Made by a program: the position numbers and the translations under genes
In this document: piece after piece, positions 10,701 through 23,815 of the stretch
Layout of the letters: each line of letters opens with the position of its first letter
Numbering within the stretch: the first letter of the stretch is position 1
NCBI GenBank assembly: GCA_013265495.1
Contig: MU058287.1
Span: 1 to 64,000, forward strand
Direction: 5' to 3'
DNA: 64,000 nt
Origin: Vicugna vicugna
Lineage: Eukaryota
The notes under the pieces: model-generated
What the model was told of the DNA's origin: nothing
Databases searched by the model: none
Seen by the model: only the letters and a program-made list of their open reading frames with translations

Positions 10701-12879
10701 CTGCTGTTGATAAAGAAGAAAGACAACACTGGCAAATAGTGTGGCAGCCATAAAACCTTCAATATCAGATTGATTATATTAGCTCTTCTTTACAGAATCA
10801 GTGCCAGAGTTACCAAGATTTTCCTCCTTGACAGGTCTTCAAGACTGAACTCATTCACTTCTCGGTTAGAAATAGAGATTTCCCAGGGAAGATTCCCCAA
10901 TCTGCTAACATCTTCATTTTTTCTTTTGGTATCAGTGTTTTAAGGAATTGATTTACCCACTTATTACCACCCTCTCTTTCTGTGAGCCTGATTATGAGCA
11001 CTTTTTGTGAGCATTTTCATTCTGAAATAGTGGAGCACTCAAATCCCATGCATACTGTCCAAGTTCACTAAATCTACTTGGAGAGAGTTTCCTGCTTCAA
11101 ACTATTTGAAGTGAAACATAATTTCATCAAGTAACTCAAGCATGCTAATGTTTAACTGGCACTTGAAGAAAAGTTTTGATTTATCCAGAACTGTGATTTG
11201 CACAGGTCACTTCCCCACTCTCTCTAAGCTTTTTGTGAGAGGCTACGCACAATTAGATAAGCCAGTTAAGCCAAATGAACCGGTGAGTGTGTTATAAATA
11301 GCAACTAAAATTTATACTTCAGATGTTAACTGGTTTGTCCTGATTTAATAATGAATTACATCATTTGACAAATGAGATAAGACCTTCACCTTTAGCTTTC
11401 TGATCCAAACTTCTAATAGTTGAAATGTAGTATTACCATCTGGTGTCTGGCCTCTGAAATGCTCTGGTGATGCCTGCCTCATTTCAAGTAGTCAGGGCTC
11501 GTCCGCCAAAAAAGCACTCTCCCAAGTACCTTGATTGGCAGGCCCCACGAGAAGGTTAAGAACCCAGTGAACCATGGAGACACAGCTCAGACTCTGTAGA
11601 AGTTTCCTCTAGTTCAAGGCAGACTCATTTTCTTAGTTTGCATTGCAAAGAAAGTGTCACTATCAAAGTTGTTTTTACTTTGGATCTCAGTCCTGGAGGA
11701 TACACCTCCTACCCTCTCTAAGAATGCGTGGCTCTCTTATAGGCTGTTAGGCACCCTCTACAAGATGGCAGTCATTTTTGCACCATTCATCCTCAGGTAA
11801 AACAATTTGAGAATGAAGCTAAGAGTGCTAAATAGCCTGGGGTTTTAACTCAGCGAAGCACATGGATCTGGCAATTCTTTATCATTCTTTACATTGTTCT
11901 AGGTTCCAGGGAAAGGCAAGTTGAGTCTTACTGCTTTCAAGAAACTTACAATAAGGTAGGAAGGACAGAGTAAATACACACAGAACTGTAGGCAATAAAG
12001 AGATGAAGGCGAAAGTTAGTGCTAAACAGATGGTAAGGGTGATCAGTTTCTTGGTGTGTTTAAAGAATATTCAAAAGGGTAAAATTTAGGAAGACAATTA
12101 GAAATGAAATGCAAATAGCAAGATAGTGAATCCAGAGTAGAAAAGTGTCTGTTGTGGTAGATCTGAGTAGTGTAGAAATGCCAAGCCTGAGCAAACAGGA
12201 GTCTCCAATAACAATGGCGGCAGCATTCATTACTAAATGTATCCAAAAGAGAGTTACCATAAGGGCCTTGTCGATCTATGGGGAGGCTGAGAGTAAGAGA
12301 AGTCAAAGAATCTCCCCAGAGGCACCCAGCCAGCAAGGAGAGCAGAGCTTTCAGTCCAGGGGTAAGGGCTCTAAAGTCCTCTCAGACTCCCCACAAATGC
12401 ACTCAGTAACCACATCCCCCTTTCACTGACTCTACTGGGGTGATCATACATTTGAGACTGAATGGAGAGGCTATGAGTAAAGAAGCCAGGGCAGCTGGCA
12501 AGAACCAAGACAGTCCAGAGCCAACTGGTCGCCCTCTGTCTTCATCTCTCCCCTCCCAGCCATTTACCAGATACCTAGTGCTTCTGGCCAGTTGCTGATT
12601 TCTTGGGCTAAATTGATTGAAGTCTTATAATTCTAGGAAGTGCTTCCATTTTCAAACAGCCCACAAAGAAACAGTTCCAATCAAATAAATCACCGCCAGT
12701 GGTATTTCAAGTCGTCAGGTACCCAATAATGAGAACTATTTCAAAACAACACTATTTTCCAGGCATCTGTCAAATCACATTTCTCCTATGAGAATTGGCC
12801 AGCTGGATGTAACATTATTGGTCAGCTACATAGATGTATTGATAGATTCACAGGCAAACACTGTAAATTAACAAGGCAG

Positions 12880-13560
12880 AAATGGAAAGTGTTCTGCCCA
12901 AGATGTTTAGCACTATCCAGACCTCAATTAGTGTTTCATGTCCAGTTCAGAACTCATCAACTTAAGGAAAAATACGGAAATTTGGAGAACATTCAGAAGA
13001 GACTAAAAACTAAAACAAAATCATAAATATTTTTGAATGTTTAAAACTACCAAGATGTAATGTATTTCCATAAAATGGTTTACATTCTCAACTCAGCCAA
13101 GTTCACAAATGTCTAGAAGATGCAGATGGGAACAGATTTTCAAATGCCTGTGTACCATTTGTATAAAATTTAAGTTAAAAGTCATTTCCATCCCAAGTAT
13201 GTGTGACCCCTAAATTAATATTCTACTCATTTTGCTTTTGTTTTTAAATTTGGGGCAATTTTAAATTCTGTTTTTATTTGCAAAAAAAAAATAATGTCTA
13301 CAAGCAAAATTAATGGAAAAAAAGGCAAAGAAGGGAGGGGATAAAATAAATACTGAAGGAGGAAATGGGAACAAGGAAAAACACCAACACATAGAAATGT
13401 AAAAATACTCCAGCCAGGCTCAGAGAACCAGCATCCCTGGCAGCCAGTGTTGTTAAACATCAGAACGGGTTGCTAAGGGAGGTGAGGGAATCTCCTTTCC
13501 CAGAAGTCTTTAAAAATAGGATCACATCTGTTGGGATGGAATAATGGTAGTGCTGCCTGA
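12880..13560 (+). mobile_element. CR1/L3 LINE relic in two pieces (12880-13010, 13450-13560)
   Basis: cagacctcaattag...gtccagttcag...ttggagaacattcagaagagac and gggaggtgagggaatctcctttcccagaagtctttaaaaatagg resemble CR1 ORF2 and 3' end. Confidence 0.6.
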
Positions 13561-14249
13561 CTAGACAGCTTCTCATGCAAACCCATATTCTGGTAACTGT
13601 ACCATTTCTATTTCTGATTGTGAAAATTAACAAGTAACTCCAGTTCACTTAACAACCTGGGACTTACAATACCTATCATTTTAATTGCATTATAAAACTG
13701 TTTTCATTGAATTTGCAATGCAAAGGTAGATAACTAAACTATTCTGGTATAGTTGAATTTACAGCAAAGGCTCAGACCTTACTCATTTATACTATTTTTC
13801 CCAAAATACTATGAAACCCGAAAGGTGCTGAGTTTATGTTCTTACAAGAAAGTTAGAGATAAGGCAATGTACAGAATCCTATATTCAAGTTTTAATCTTA
13901 ACTGAGTAGCACTTGGATCCAGGAGGAGTGAAGTTACAGGAGGGCTGGATTGGATAAACTTTATTAGAAATTGGGATCTTGCAGGCCAGTGTCTCGAGAA
14001 GTAAAAGGATATCAATTCCCTGGAGAGAATTTAGGTTGTGATCTGATGTGTCTGCACTGTCCCCTCCATCACTGAAATTTTGCTTTATACTAAACTGTCG
14101 GATTATTTGCCCCCATTCCATTTAATTGCACATATATTTGTTAAGCTCCTATTTTTTGTCAGGCACCTTGACAGGAATACAGAGAGAAGAAGATCCCAGC
14201 TCCTGCCCTTGAGGAATGCATAATCTAAAAGAATGCAGGTGGCTCTAGG

Positions 14250-15390
14250 CGTGCTGGGGCATTACTTACTTTAATGTAATTTTGGATCTGCATTTTAAGA
14301 AAAGTAATGTAAAATTACAAATACAAAATTGAGAATGAACGTGAACATTTATTGCAGAGAGAAAAGAAATGACAGCTAATTACAAGTTTTAAAATTCTGA
14401 CAAATTCTAGAACATCACAAAACCTAAGGGGAAAAACTTTGTTTTATTAATTAATGGCCTGATTCACATCTAAGACACTATATGTCCTACATTTTGGTTG
14501 CATATTGTTGACCACATGGTAAGAATTTTGTTATATCATTTCCAGTGGAGAAAATAGAAAGATAATTCGGTCATTCCTCTTGATGCTTTTTCAAAATTTC
14601 TTTTCTTTCTGTCCCACAACTTGTTCGTAATTAAAAGTAAATTTTCAGAATTGTTCTCAAGTAGAGAAAAACCTCAGTCAAGTTTCTTTTGTACAAAAGC
14701 TGTAAGAGCTGTAAGATTTCAGGGCACTGCAGATTTTCTGGTATGTGAATAATTTTAAATACTGTTTGAATTGATGATACTTGTGAATCAGCTTGTCAGT
14801 GGTGTCCTCATTGTAATGATATGTTGTGAATTTGATTTTATCTATATCAAAGCCAGTGTTGTGTATCTAATCTGAAAGAAATTTAAATATTTTTCTAGTA
14901 AATTCATGGGGTTCACTGCTCTTCATTGATCAGATTTTTGAAGAATAAGGAGCCTATTCAGTTCTTTAGTTCAAAATTTGTCTCTTCCTCTTAATGAATT
15001 ACTGCTCTTTGTATTACCTGGAAAAAAAAAGTTTTACTCTTCTTGATTTCAAAATAATTTCCATCGATTTTCTCACTCAGTTTTCTTGTATATTCTATTA
15101 ATTTTCATCTGGACTTTTTTTCTCAGTGTTTTAATAAACTAATTCATGGGTTAAAGAAGTACTCTTTCTGTATGTCTAGATCAGAAATCATTGATTTCTT
15201 AGGGATGTTTAATTGAAAAGTTCCAAAACATCTATCAAAATTGCAGTTAAAATGAAGTATGTTTACTTTATCACTTTTGAATAACCTTTTTTCGCCTTGT
15301 TTGTTTTTATTGCAATGAATCACACTGCAAGACTTGAGCAACTACACTATGGGCAAACAGTGTTGTTACCCTCAGACTCTTGAAAGAAAT
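14250..15390 (-). mobile_element. Zaphod-like hAT-Tip100 DNA transposon with decayed transposase C-terminus
   Basis: Minus strand gives EVFLYLRTILKIYF*LRTSCGTER and, after a frameshift, NYLSIFSTGNDITK, resembling the hAT dimerisation motif. Flank tacaaatacaaaatt...aacatcacaaaa matches Zaphod as recalled. Confidence 0.75.
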
Positions 15391-15399
15391 ATTCTTGTT

Positions 15400-15985
15400 G
15401 GCATTTTAAAAATGGAAGTATAATTACCATTCAGTAAAATGCACATATTACAGTGTTTAACTCAGTGAGTTTTGAATAAACCCATGGAACCACCACCTAA
15501 AACAGGAGAGAGAATATTTCCAGGAAATTTCCTTTTTCTCTTTCCTGTCAATATCCCCCTCCCCATCCACCCTGACATCCACAGTAACCATTTTCTGATT
15601 TCTATTACCATAATATATTTCACCTGTTCTCAGACTTTATATAAATGGAAACATACAGTAGGTAATCTGTGTCTATCTTATTTTGCTCTGCATGGTAATT
15701 TTGAGGATCAACCATGTTGTGTGTTTTGGTAACTTGCTCTGTTTTATTACTGAGTATTATTCCATTGTATAAATATTCCATAATTTGTATATTCATCCTC
15801 CCATTGACAGACATTTAGGTTCTTTCCAGTTTGGAGCTATTATGACTAAGGTTGCTTTGAACATTCTTGTACAAGTCTTTGTGTGGACATAATATGTTTT
15901 CCTTTCTCTTGGGTAAATACCTGAGAATAGAATTGCTGGGTCACAGGGTAGAAGCATGTTTAACTTTATTAGAAACATGGCATAC
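15400..15985 (-). mobile_element. L1M (L1MB/ME-type) 3' end
   Basis: ORF 15793-15987 (LPCDPAILFSGIYPRERKTYYVHTKTCTRMF...W..PKC) is the L1 ORF2p C-terminus, followed by 3'UTR. Confidence 0.85.
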
Positions 15986-16229
15986 ATATTTAAAATATTC
16001 TATCTACAAAAAGAAAACATGTGCAATACCAAAGTGGTCAGTGAATCTGGGTGCTGTCAAGGCAGCTCTTCCTCCACCTGTACTGCTCTCCCATGGCTTC
16101 TCATCTGCCATCATTCACTGGTCCAGCCACGCAGAATGACTTGCTGTCCATGGGTATGTGACTCAGTCTCTTCCCTGTGAGTCTCCCTACAGGACCCTTC
16201 CTCTGGCTGACTGCTCTTTCCTGCTCCTT

Positions 16230-16900
16230 CATCTGCCCCATCCATCCATAAAGATGTGACTTAGTCATTTTTATCCTGGGGAGGCTTTACACCACCCTTC
16301 TCCAACCCTCATCTCCACTAGCAAGACTGAATGAAGACTATTTCTATTGGTGTTCCTGCAGAAACTTGTGTTTTCCCCTGTAAGTGGTAAAGCTTGGTTT
16401 TTATCTCTGATTATTTCTCTATCTCCCCCACTAGACCATAAGTTTCCAAGGACAGAGCTCTGGTCACAGTCAGAATCTAATGTCCAGCAAAATTCTTCAC
16501 CCAGAGTGGTGCTAAACAGATGTTAGTTGAATCAATGAATTAGTAATTGAACAGGTTTAATATTGTTGGGGGTGGCAGAGTTTCTTTACATCTGTGTGGC
16601 ATTCAGGTAGAAATAGACAATTGACAAAAATAAGTCTGGAATATGAGTATTGGGCTTATGGTATGGGCAGAAGGTAGGCTGGAGTATAAATAATAGGAAC
16701 ACTGCTTACTGTCAGTCATATTGTATGCAGGTAAGAGCTGAAAGTTTGGGACTGGACGAGATTACCTGGAAACAGATGCCACTTTTGTAAGTAATTGAGA
16801 GTAAGAGGAGAAAGCCAAATTACAGTAGATTGTGGAATAAATGGGAAGAGAGGAGAGAAATGCAAACTGTGGGGACAACTAACTCAAGAAATTTGGTTTA
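16230..16900. mobile_element. LINE-2 fragments (plus ~16230-16550, minus ~16560-16900)
   Basis: tctcccccactagaccataag...gttagttgaatcaatgaat (3' end); tggacgagattacctgga. Confidence 0.6.
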
Positions 16901-17769
16901 GTAAGATAATATCCTAATGAATAAATGAGACTGGGTAGTGTTAAGCTGTTTTCACTTTTGTTTTTATTATTTCGCAAAAGAAAACCCAATTGAGCCCAGT
17001 TTCAGACTGAGGGACCAGAGTCATTGGAGAGATGATATTATTTTGAAATATGATAGCAAAGGAGACAAGCTTAGTTTGTATAAAGTTTTTGCTGAGGTCT
17101 CGCCTCCTGGAATCATTATTTGAGGCTTATTTTTTTCCATCCTCAGTGGTCATTTTTCATTTCAAGACAATGATTAGGAATGCGAGGTCAGAAGTATTTG
17201 GGAGACTTAAAGCAGAAGCCTTCTACTCATCCATAGTGAGTAGAACTGAGTGAATGCTGTATGAGAGATGTGGATATCCACCAGGAACTCCATGTACTTG
17301 CTCTGCTTCTTGTGTTAGAGATCTAATAATGTTAAGACAGACCATCTCATAATAGATTCTAGATAATGACATTTTGGAGCTGAAAATAAGACCATCTTGT
17401 CCAGCATCTTCCAGACTTTATCTCTTGGCCAGGACACAGCTTAGATGTTATATCTTCTGGGAATTCTTTCTCAAGATTCGAATAAGTACACCTTAAAAGA
17501 AAAGTCACAGGCAAATTTTACATCCTCCTCTTGGAGTTTCATAATGTTTATTATTAAATGTGCATGTTAAAGCCTCTGAGAAATTCTGCAATAAATAAAA
17601 GTATTTAATCTGGACTCACAAAATAATTTCAATCTCACTTGAGCATGAAACCCTTGTGCTGTTATTTTGTGGACACCTATACACATCTCATAGAACCTAC
17701 TTTGAGAATCACAGTTCTACTCTAATTCTTTCACTCAGGGTTCTCATTCAATGTTCTTATCTTCTTGTT

Positions 17770-18280
17770 TCAGTTAACTAAACTTAGTAATTTAAAACAA
17801 TTTTATTATATTGGTTGACTGAGATCATCTGGCAATTCCATTTCACGTAATGTTAGCTGAGTCTGCAGTCACATGTGGCTTTACTTGGCTAGAACACCCA
17901 AGATGGCCCACTCTGCTGCCTCAGTAGCGATAGGTGAAAGGCAGAACTTAACTTTGGATGCTGGCATGCTTGGGCCTCTGTCTAGTCTCAGGACCTCTAG
18001 TTCTTCATGTGTGTTTACCATGTCATCTCCCGTTACCCTATGGTATCTTCATAGGGTAAGAAGATGATTTACATGGTGTCTGAAGTCTCCCAAAATTATA
18101 AAGTCAGACTATTCTAGGGGCTTCTTAAGGCTTAGGCACAGAACTGGTATAGTATCACTTCCATCACATAGGTTAAAGAAGTCACAGGGCCAGCCCAGAT
18201 TCAAGGCAAGCAGAAATAAACCACCTCTCTATAGTAGTGACAAAAAAAAAAAAAATGGCAGTCATATTTAATTCATCACA
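17770..18280. mobile_element. MaLR LTR (MLT1H-like)
   Basis: aaacttagtaatttaaaacaa; ccaagatggc; ggcttaggcacagaactgg; gtcacagggccagcccagattcaagg. Confidence 0.75.
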
Positions 18281-18520
18281 TTTCTCATGGACTTTTGGCA
18301 TCTTGTGAGATAAAAAAAAACCTGTTCACTGACACTGGAAGAGTCCCCAGATAACTCTAAGTATGTAGGCTTCTTGGCACCACAGAGATGGCTGATCTCC
18401 ACTGATGTCTTTCCTGATATCCAGGATCAATGGGATAGGAAGACAGCCAGTAGGACCCAGACCCAGCATACCAATCTGGGGGAAGTTTAAAAGACTCACA
18501 CCAGGGCTACTAGTCTAAGC

Positions 18521-18740
18521 CAGAGGTCAGTAGACTAATTCCTGTGGGCCAAATCCACTCACTGTCTGTTTTTGTAAATAAAGTTTTATTGGATCATTGC
18601 CATCCTTATTTGTTCATGTATTGTCTGTGGTTGTTTTGGGGCTGTAACGTCAGAACTGAATAGTTGTGACAACAACAATATAGCCTGCTAAGTCTAAAGT
18701 ATTTACTCTGCCCCTTCATATAAAGAGTTTGTCACCCGTG
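18521..18740. mobile_element. MER58-type hAT MITE
   Basis: gggccaaatcc...tttttgtaaataaagttttattgga...ctaaagtatttact...agtttgtcacccgtg; flanked by gtctaagc / gtctagac (degenerate 8-bp TSD). Confidence 0.85.
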
Positions 18741-18801
18741 GTCTAGACTACATTTGCATTACAAAATAACAGTTACATTATCATGAGATGACTCTTATCC
18801 A

Positions 18802-19158
18802 TATAGCTTAGTCAATTCTGGCTGCTGCAACAAAAATACCATAGACTGGATGGGTTAAAAAAAAAACAGAAGTTTATTTTCAGTTTTGGAAGATCAAGGT
18901 GCAGCCTGCCTCAGTTCCTGGCTCCATCCTCTTGTTGATTTGCAGAAGGATGCCTTCTTACTGTAGCCTTACATGGCAGAGACAGAGATCATCTCTTTTG
19001 TGTCTTTTTTTAAAAAGGCACTAATCCCATTCATGAGGGATATACTCTCATGACCTGATTGTCTCCCAAAGACTCTTACCTCCGAATACCATCCCATTGG
19101 GAATTAGGGCTTCAACAAGGAAGTTTTAAGAGGGACACAAACATTCAGTCCCATAGCA
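18802..19158. mobile_element. MaLR LTR (MLT1A/B-like)
   Basis: ggctgctgcaacaaaaataccatagactgg...ctaatcccattcatgaggg...gggacacaaacattcagtcccatagca. Confidence 0.85.
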
Positions 19159-19199
19159 CCACACATTAGGAAATGTAGCATTAGCAAGCTGTAAAACAC

Positions 19200-20215
19200 T
19201 TTCCATGGATACAAATACTGTTTTGTGTTGTCACATGCATCAGGAGTTCATTATTTGTCAATATTGATTGTATTTTATTTTTCGTCCATTCACCTGTTGA
19301 TGGATGAAAAATAATGTTGATGGACATTATTGCAGTTTCTGATTATTACAAATAAAGCTATGAACATTCACATACAGGTCTTTGAAGGGATATATGCTTT
19401 TATTTTCTTGGGTAAATACCTAGGAGTAAAATGTCTGGACCATGTGGCTGGCATCTGTTTAACTTCTTAAGAAACTGTCAAGATGTTTTCCAAATATTTC
19501 ACATTCCCATTAACAGTTTATGAGAATTCTCATTCTGCCGTGTCCTTGCCAACACTTGGTATGGTCAGTCCTTAAATTTTAACCATTGTAATAGGTGTGT
19601 AGTCGTATCCTATTGTTGTTTTAACTTGTATTCCTCTAATGACTAATGATGTTGAGCATCTTTTCATATACCAATTAGCTGTGCAGTGTCTGTTGAGAAC
19701 TTTGGCCCATTTACAAAAATTGAATTATTTATTTCTTATTGCTGAGTTTTCAGAGTTCTTTAAATATTCTGGATAGAACTTCATCATCAGATATCTGATT
19801 GACAGATATTTCCTGCCAGTCTGTGGCTTGTCTTTCATTCTCTTTTAATGAAGTCTGGCATTTCCTTTTTTTTTTCTTTTATGGATAATGCTTTTGGTGT
19901 CATATCTAAGGAATCTTTGCTTAAACTAAGATCACAAAGATTTCCACTTATGTTTTCTCCTAGGATTCTAATTGTTTTAGGTTTTTACATTTAGATCTAT
20001 GCTCCATTTTGAATTTTTTTTTTACTAAGGTGCAAGATACGGATCCAAATTTATTTTCTTTTTTTTGATATATGGAAGTCCAGTTGTTCCAACAACATTT
20101 ATGAAAAAGGTTATTCTTTCTCCACTATATTGCATTTGCCCCTTTGTCAAAGATCATTTGTCTAATTTGTGTTAGTCTATTTCTAGACTCTATTCTGTTC
20201 CATTGATTGTAGCCA
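19200..20215 (-). mobile_element. L1MB-type ORF2 end / 3' fragment
   Basis: cttgggtaaatacctaggagt; gactaatgatgttgagcatcttttcat; ccagttgttccaacaacatttatgaaaa. Confidence 0.85.
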
Positions 20216-20559
20216 TCTCTGTGATCTCACACTGCTGTCATCTTCCAGTGCAGCTGAAGAAACATAATTCAATATTCAGAACTGACCTTTCAGGTTAGTC
20301 TGAATATATTTGGTGAGTTGGGAAAATAGAATATGTTTTGTTTAATAGTCTGTTAGTTCAATTGATAACTTCTAGATATTTAGACATAAGGTAAGTGGGC
20401 CTTTTTCTCTGAGCCCCACAAATACTACAAGCCTGGCAAGGTGATAGAATTAAAGAGTACCATGGAAGCAGATATAAATTACTCAAAATGTTCTGTGTCT
20501 ATGAATTTAACAAAATACCATCTTGGAAGGATCAGATACATAAGAATTATTCCTGGCAA

Positions 20560-21090
20560 TGACTGGTTGGATTTTAAGTATTGAGTGAAATGGCAAAGGA
20601 CAAGCTGGAGAGGGAAGCAAGAACCAGATCGTGAAGAGTCTTGTAAGACATACCATGGAATTTGGACTATCCTGAGAATAATATGGAGCTATGGAAAGAT
20701 TTTAAGTATGACACTGACACAGTTAGACTGGCATTTTAGAAAGATGAATCTAGCTGCTAAGTGGATAAGGGACAAGACCAGGATAAGAAGAACAAATAAT
20801 GAATCTATTTCAATAATCTAGGTGAGAAATAAAGGTGGTTTGGACTAGACAGAATAGTGGTGATAAAATGGAGAGAAATATACAGATTAAGGAATTATGT
20901 GAGAGTAAGGTGTACAGGACCCAGTTAAAGAGAAATAGGAATTAAGGATGATTCTCAATTTTTTTGGCCTAGGCTGTTAGGTAGATGGTGATGTCATTCA
21001 AAGAGATAGGGAATTGAGGTGGAGGTTGAGGGCAATATAGAGGAAGATAATGGATTCAATTTGAATATTTTGTGCTTGAGAGCTTGTAGG
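20560..21090 (-). mobile_element. LINE-2 fragment
   Basis: cattttagaaagatgaatctagctgct; aataatctaggtgagaaataaaggtggtttggactag; aaggatgattctca. Confidence 0.8.
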
Positions 21091-21339
21091 TGCATAGTAA
21101 CTTTTGGCACAACCTTGGCGTATAGTAATTGTCTGATTTTAAGCATGAATAATAAAAGACTCAAACTTGTTCATTATTTCTTCAGCTATTTTTACCCAGA
21201 TGATGGAAAGAATAAGGAAAACTTCCTCTAGCATCTAGGGAAGCCTGAATCAATTGCTGTTCTCACCCATTCATGTGCTTCTGTGTAGATTTGTCTAGAA
21301 ATGAAGGAAGTTATTATTAGTGAAATTTTATGTTGTTCT

Positions 21340-21740
21340 AGACGTGCTCATTGTATTCAGCAGGTTGTAATAAGCAATCCCCAGATCAGAGATTTAGTAC
21401 AATAAAAATTCATTCTTCTTTGTGACATTTCAAAGTTGGTCTGGTGGTTCTCGTGGTAAGAGCTCCTGCTAGCTCAGGGATTCAGGCTCTTGCAAGCTTA
21501 TAAATCTCCCAGGTTCTAATGTGACTTCTCATGGTGTCACATCTGATGATAGGACTGAAGAATTGCCCAAGATTTTCTAAGAATTTTAAGGGCCAGGCCT
21601 AGACGCAGATTAAATCGCCTCTGCCCATATTCCATTGGCCAGAGAGAGTTACACGGTATCAACCCAATGCAAAGAGGCTGTTAAATCTGCCTAGGAGTAG
21701 AAACTGGGATTGATGACCACCTAGCCAGTGTCTAACAATT
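21340..21740. mobile_element. Old MaLR LTR (MLT1I/J-like)
   Basis: tcagggattcaggct; cctctgcccatattccattggccaga; ccaatgcaaagaggctg. Confidence 0.65.
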
Positions 21741-22624
21741 AAAACTCAGAGAGCTGCTTTTCACTAAGTGTTCAAATAACAAATATATAATACCAGTGTC
21801 AAAATTTGTGCTCCCTCCCATGCAGATGTATTATTCAAAGAATGAACCATTTATTTTGTAATTACAAAATAAGATCATACTATTCTCTTCTACTCATTTA
21901 AGACATTTTGTTATTTGGATGCCAAAGGCCTGCTTAATCTTTTTAGAGAAATTCAGATCCTTATGCTAAAAATAATACTTAGTGGTTCTTTAATCCTGCA
22001 ATCAGCTCTATGAGAATTTGCTACCATCACTACAGAGGAGAATTTGGCAAACTGAAACAGAGGCCTTCAAGAGATGGATAACTCAGATGTTTCAGGTTAG
22101 AAAACCTCAAATGTCATTGTTGAAAAATGGAAGAATCTTTTTAGAGAAATCCTAATTAAGTAATACCTGGCATAATAAATCCCTTATGTTCACATAATAT
22201 CTTATGTACATGTATTATTTTTGATGATCATGGTCACCCTAATACATTCTCTGTGTCACCACAGCACCTAGATTTTCTACGGGGAACTGCCACTCCTCAT
22301 CTATTCTCAAATTCCTACTGTTTGAGTGGAGCTGACTCTACGTCTAATTTATGGAATGGGCGTATAGCTTGGACTAGGCCAATAAAATGTCACATCTACC
22401 TTATTGCAAGAGGTGATTCAGAAATAAACACAACATCCAGCTCATGTTAATCACAGTCATTGCTGATCAATGATTAGACTGTAACAGTTGAGCCACAGAC
22501 CTTCTCTTTTTGAAGCTGGTTGGATATCAGCTGGAGTTGTTTGAGGCCATCTTGCCTCATGAGGAAAGCCTGCCTGAGGGATGGGTCTAACAGAAGAAAG
22601 TAGAGCCAAGGCATCGAAAGTGAC

Positions 22625-23561
22625 TGTCTTAGTCTGTTCGGGCTGCTATAATGAAATACTGTAAACTGGGTGGCTTATAAACAATAGAAATTCATTTCTC
22701 TCCATTCTGGAGGATGGGAGGTCCACGATCAAGATGCCTAGCAGACTTGGTGTCTGGTGAGGGCCTGGTTCCTAGTTCATAGATGTCATTTTCTCACTGT
22801 GTCCTCACATGGAAGATGGGGCAAGGGTGCTCTCTGGAGTCTCTCTTACAAAGTACCACTCTTTTTTATGAGGTCACCTCATAACCTTCTCGACCTAATC
22901 ACCTCTCAAAGGCCCCACATCCAAACACCATCACACTGGGAATTAGATTTCAACATGAGGTTTTTTAAAATTAATTAATTAATTTTTATTGAAGTATAGT
23001 CAGTTACAATGTGTCAGTTTCTGGTGTACAGCATAATGTCCCAGTCATGCATATATATACATATATTTGTTTTCATATTCTTTTTCATTAAAGATTATTG
23101 CAAGTTATTAAATATAGTTCCCTGTGCTATACAGAAGAAATTTGGTTTTTATATTTTTTTTAATTTATTTTATTTTTATTTTTTATTGAAGTGCAGTCAG
23201 TTACAATGGGTCAATTTCTGGTGGACAGCACAATGTCCCAGTCATGCATATACATACTTATATTTATTTTCATGTATTTTTCATTAAAGGTTATTACAAG
23301 AAATTGAACATAGTTCCCTGTGCTATACAGAAGAAACTCTTTTTCATCTATTTTTATGTATAGTGGCTAACATTTGTAAATCTCAAACTTCCAACTTTAC
23401 CCCTTCCCACCCCTTTCCCCAGTAACCATAGATTGTTTACTATGTCTGTAAGTCTGTTTGTGTTTTGCAGATGAATACATATTATCCTTTTTAAAAAAAT
23501 TTTTATATATAGTGGTTATCAGCATATGAGTTTTGAGGACACAAAAATTGAGTCTACAGCA
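22625..23561. mobile_element. MLT1A-like solo LTR interrupted by L1
   Basis: TGtcttagtctgttcgggctgctata...gaggacacaaaaattgagtctacagCA; flanked by GTGAC (22620-22624) and GTGGC (23562-23566). Confidence 0.85.
22961..23518 (-). mobile_element. Two lineage-specific L1 3' ends (cetartiodactyl, camelid-like), second nested in first
   Basis: Two copies of ttttattgaagt.cagtcagttacaatg...atagttccctgtgctatacagaagaaa (22985-23140 and 23181-23337). Confidence 0.85.
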
Positions 23562-23734
23562 GTGGCTGAATTTTCAGAGACATTGTTTGAATCAGGATCC
23601 GGCCACACTGATGCAAGGCAACTTCTGTACAGTCAGTACATTCTTTCCTTTTATTTTGCCATTTTGACCTGAGTATCTCTTATTTGCAACGAAAGAGTCC
23701 TGTGCTTTTGTTTGGGTTCTTACTACTTCCCCTA

Positions 23735-23815
23735 TTTTATAGAAAAATAAGCTGAGGTTTAGAGAGCTTAAGCAATTTACTGTAGCTAGGTCCACACTCG
23801 GTAGGACAAAAGGAA
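23735..23815 (-). mobile_element. MIR fragment
   Basis: cctattttatagaaaaataagctgaggtttagagagcttaagcaattt. Confidence 0.65.

Larger units (their letters stand above)
22230..23705. mobile_element. Old MLT1J/K-like LTR split by nested insertions (pieces 22230-22624 and 23562-23705)
   Basis: Left piece ends ggccatcttgcc...gcctgcctgag...aagtagagccaag; right piece resumes gacattgtttgaatcaggatccggcc...atttgcaacgaaagagtcctg. Confidence 0.7.

Noticed and set aside
22985..23337. Direct repeats suggesting a CRISPR-like or satellite array
   Set aside because: Only two ~155-bp diverged copies, both L1 3' ends; eukaryotic context.
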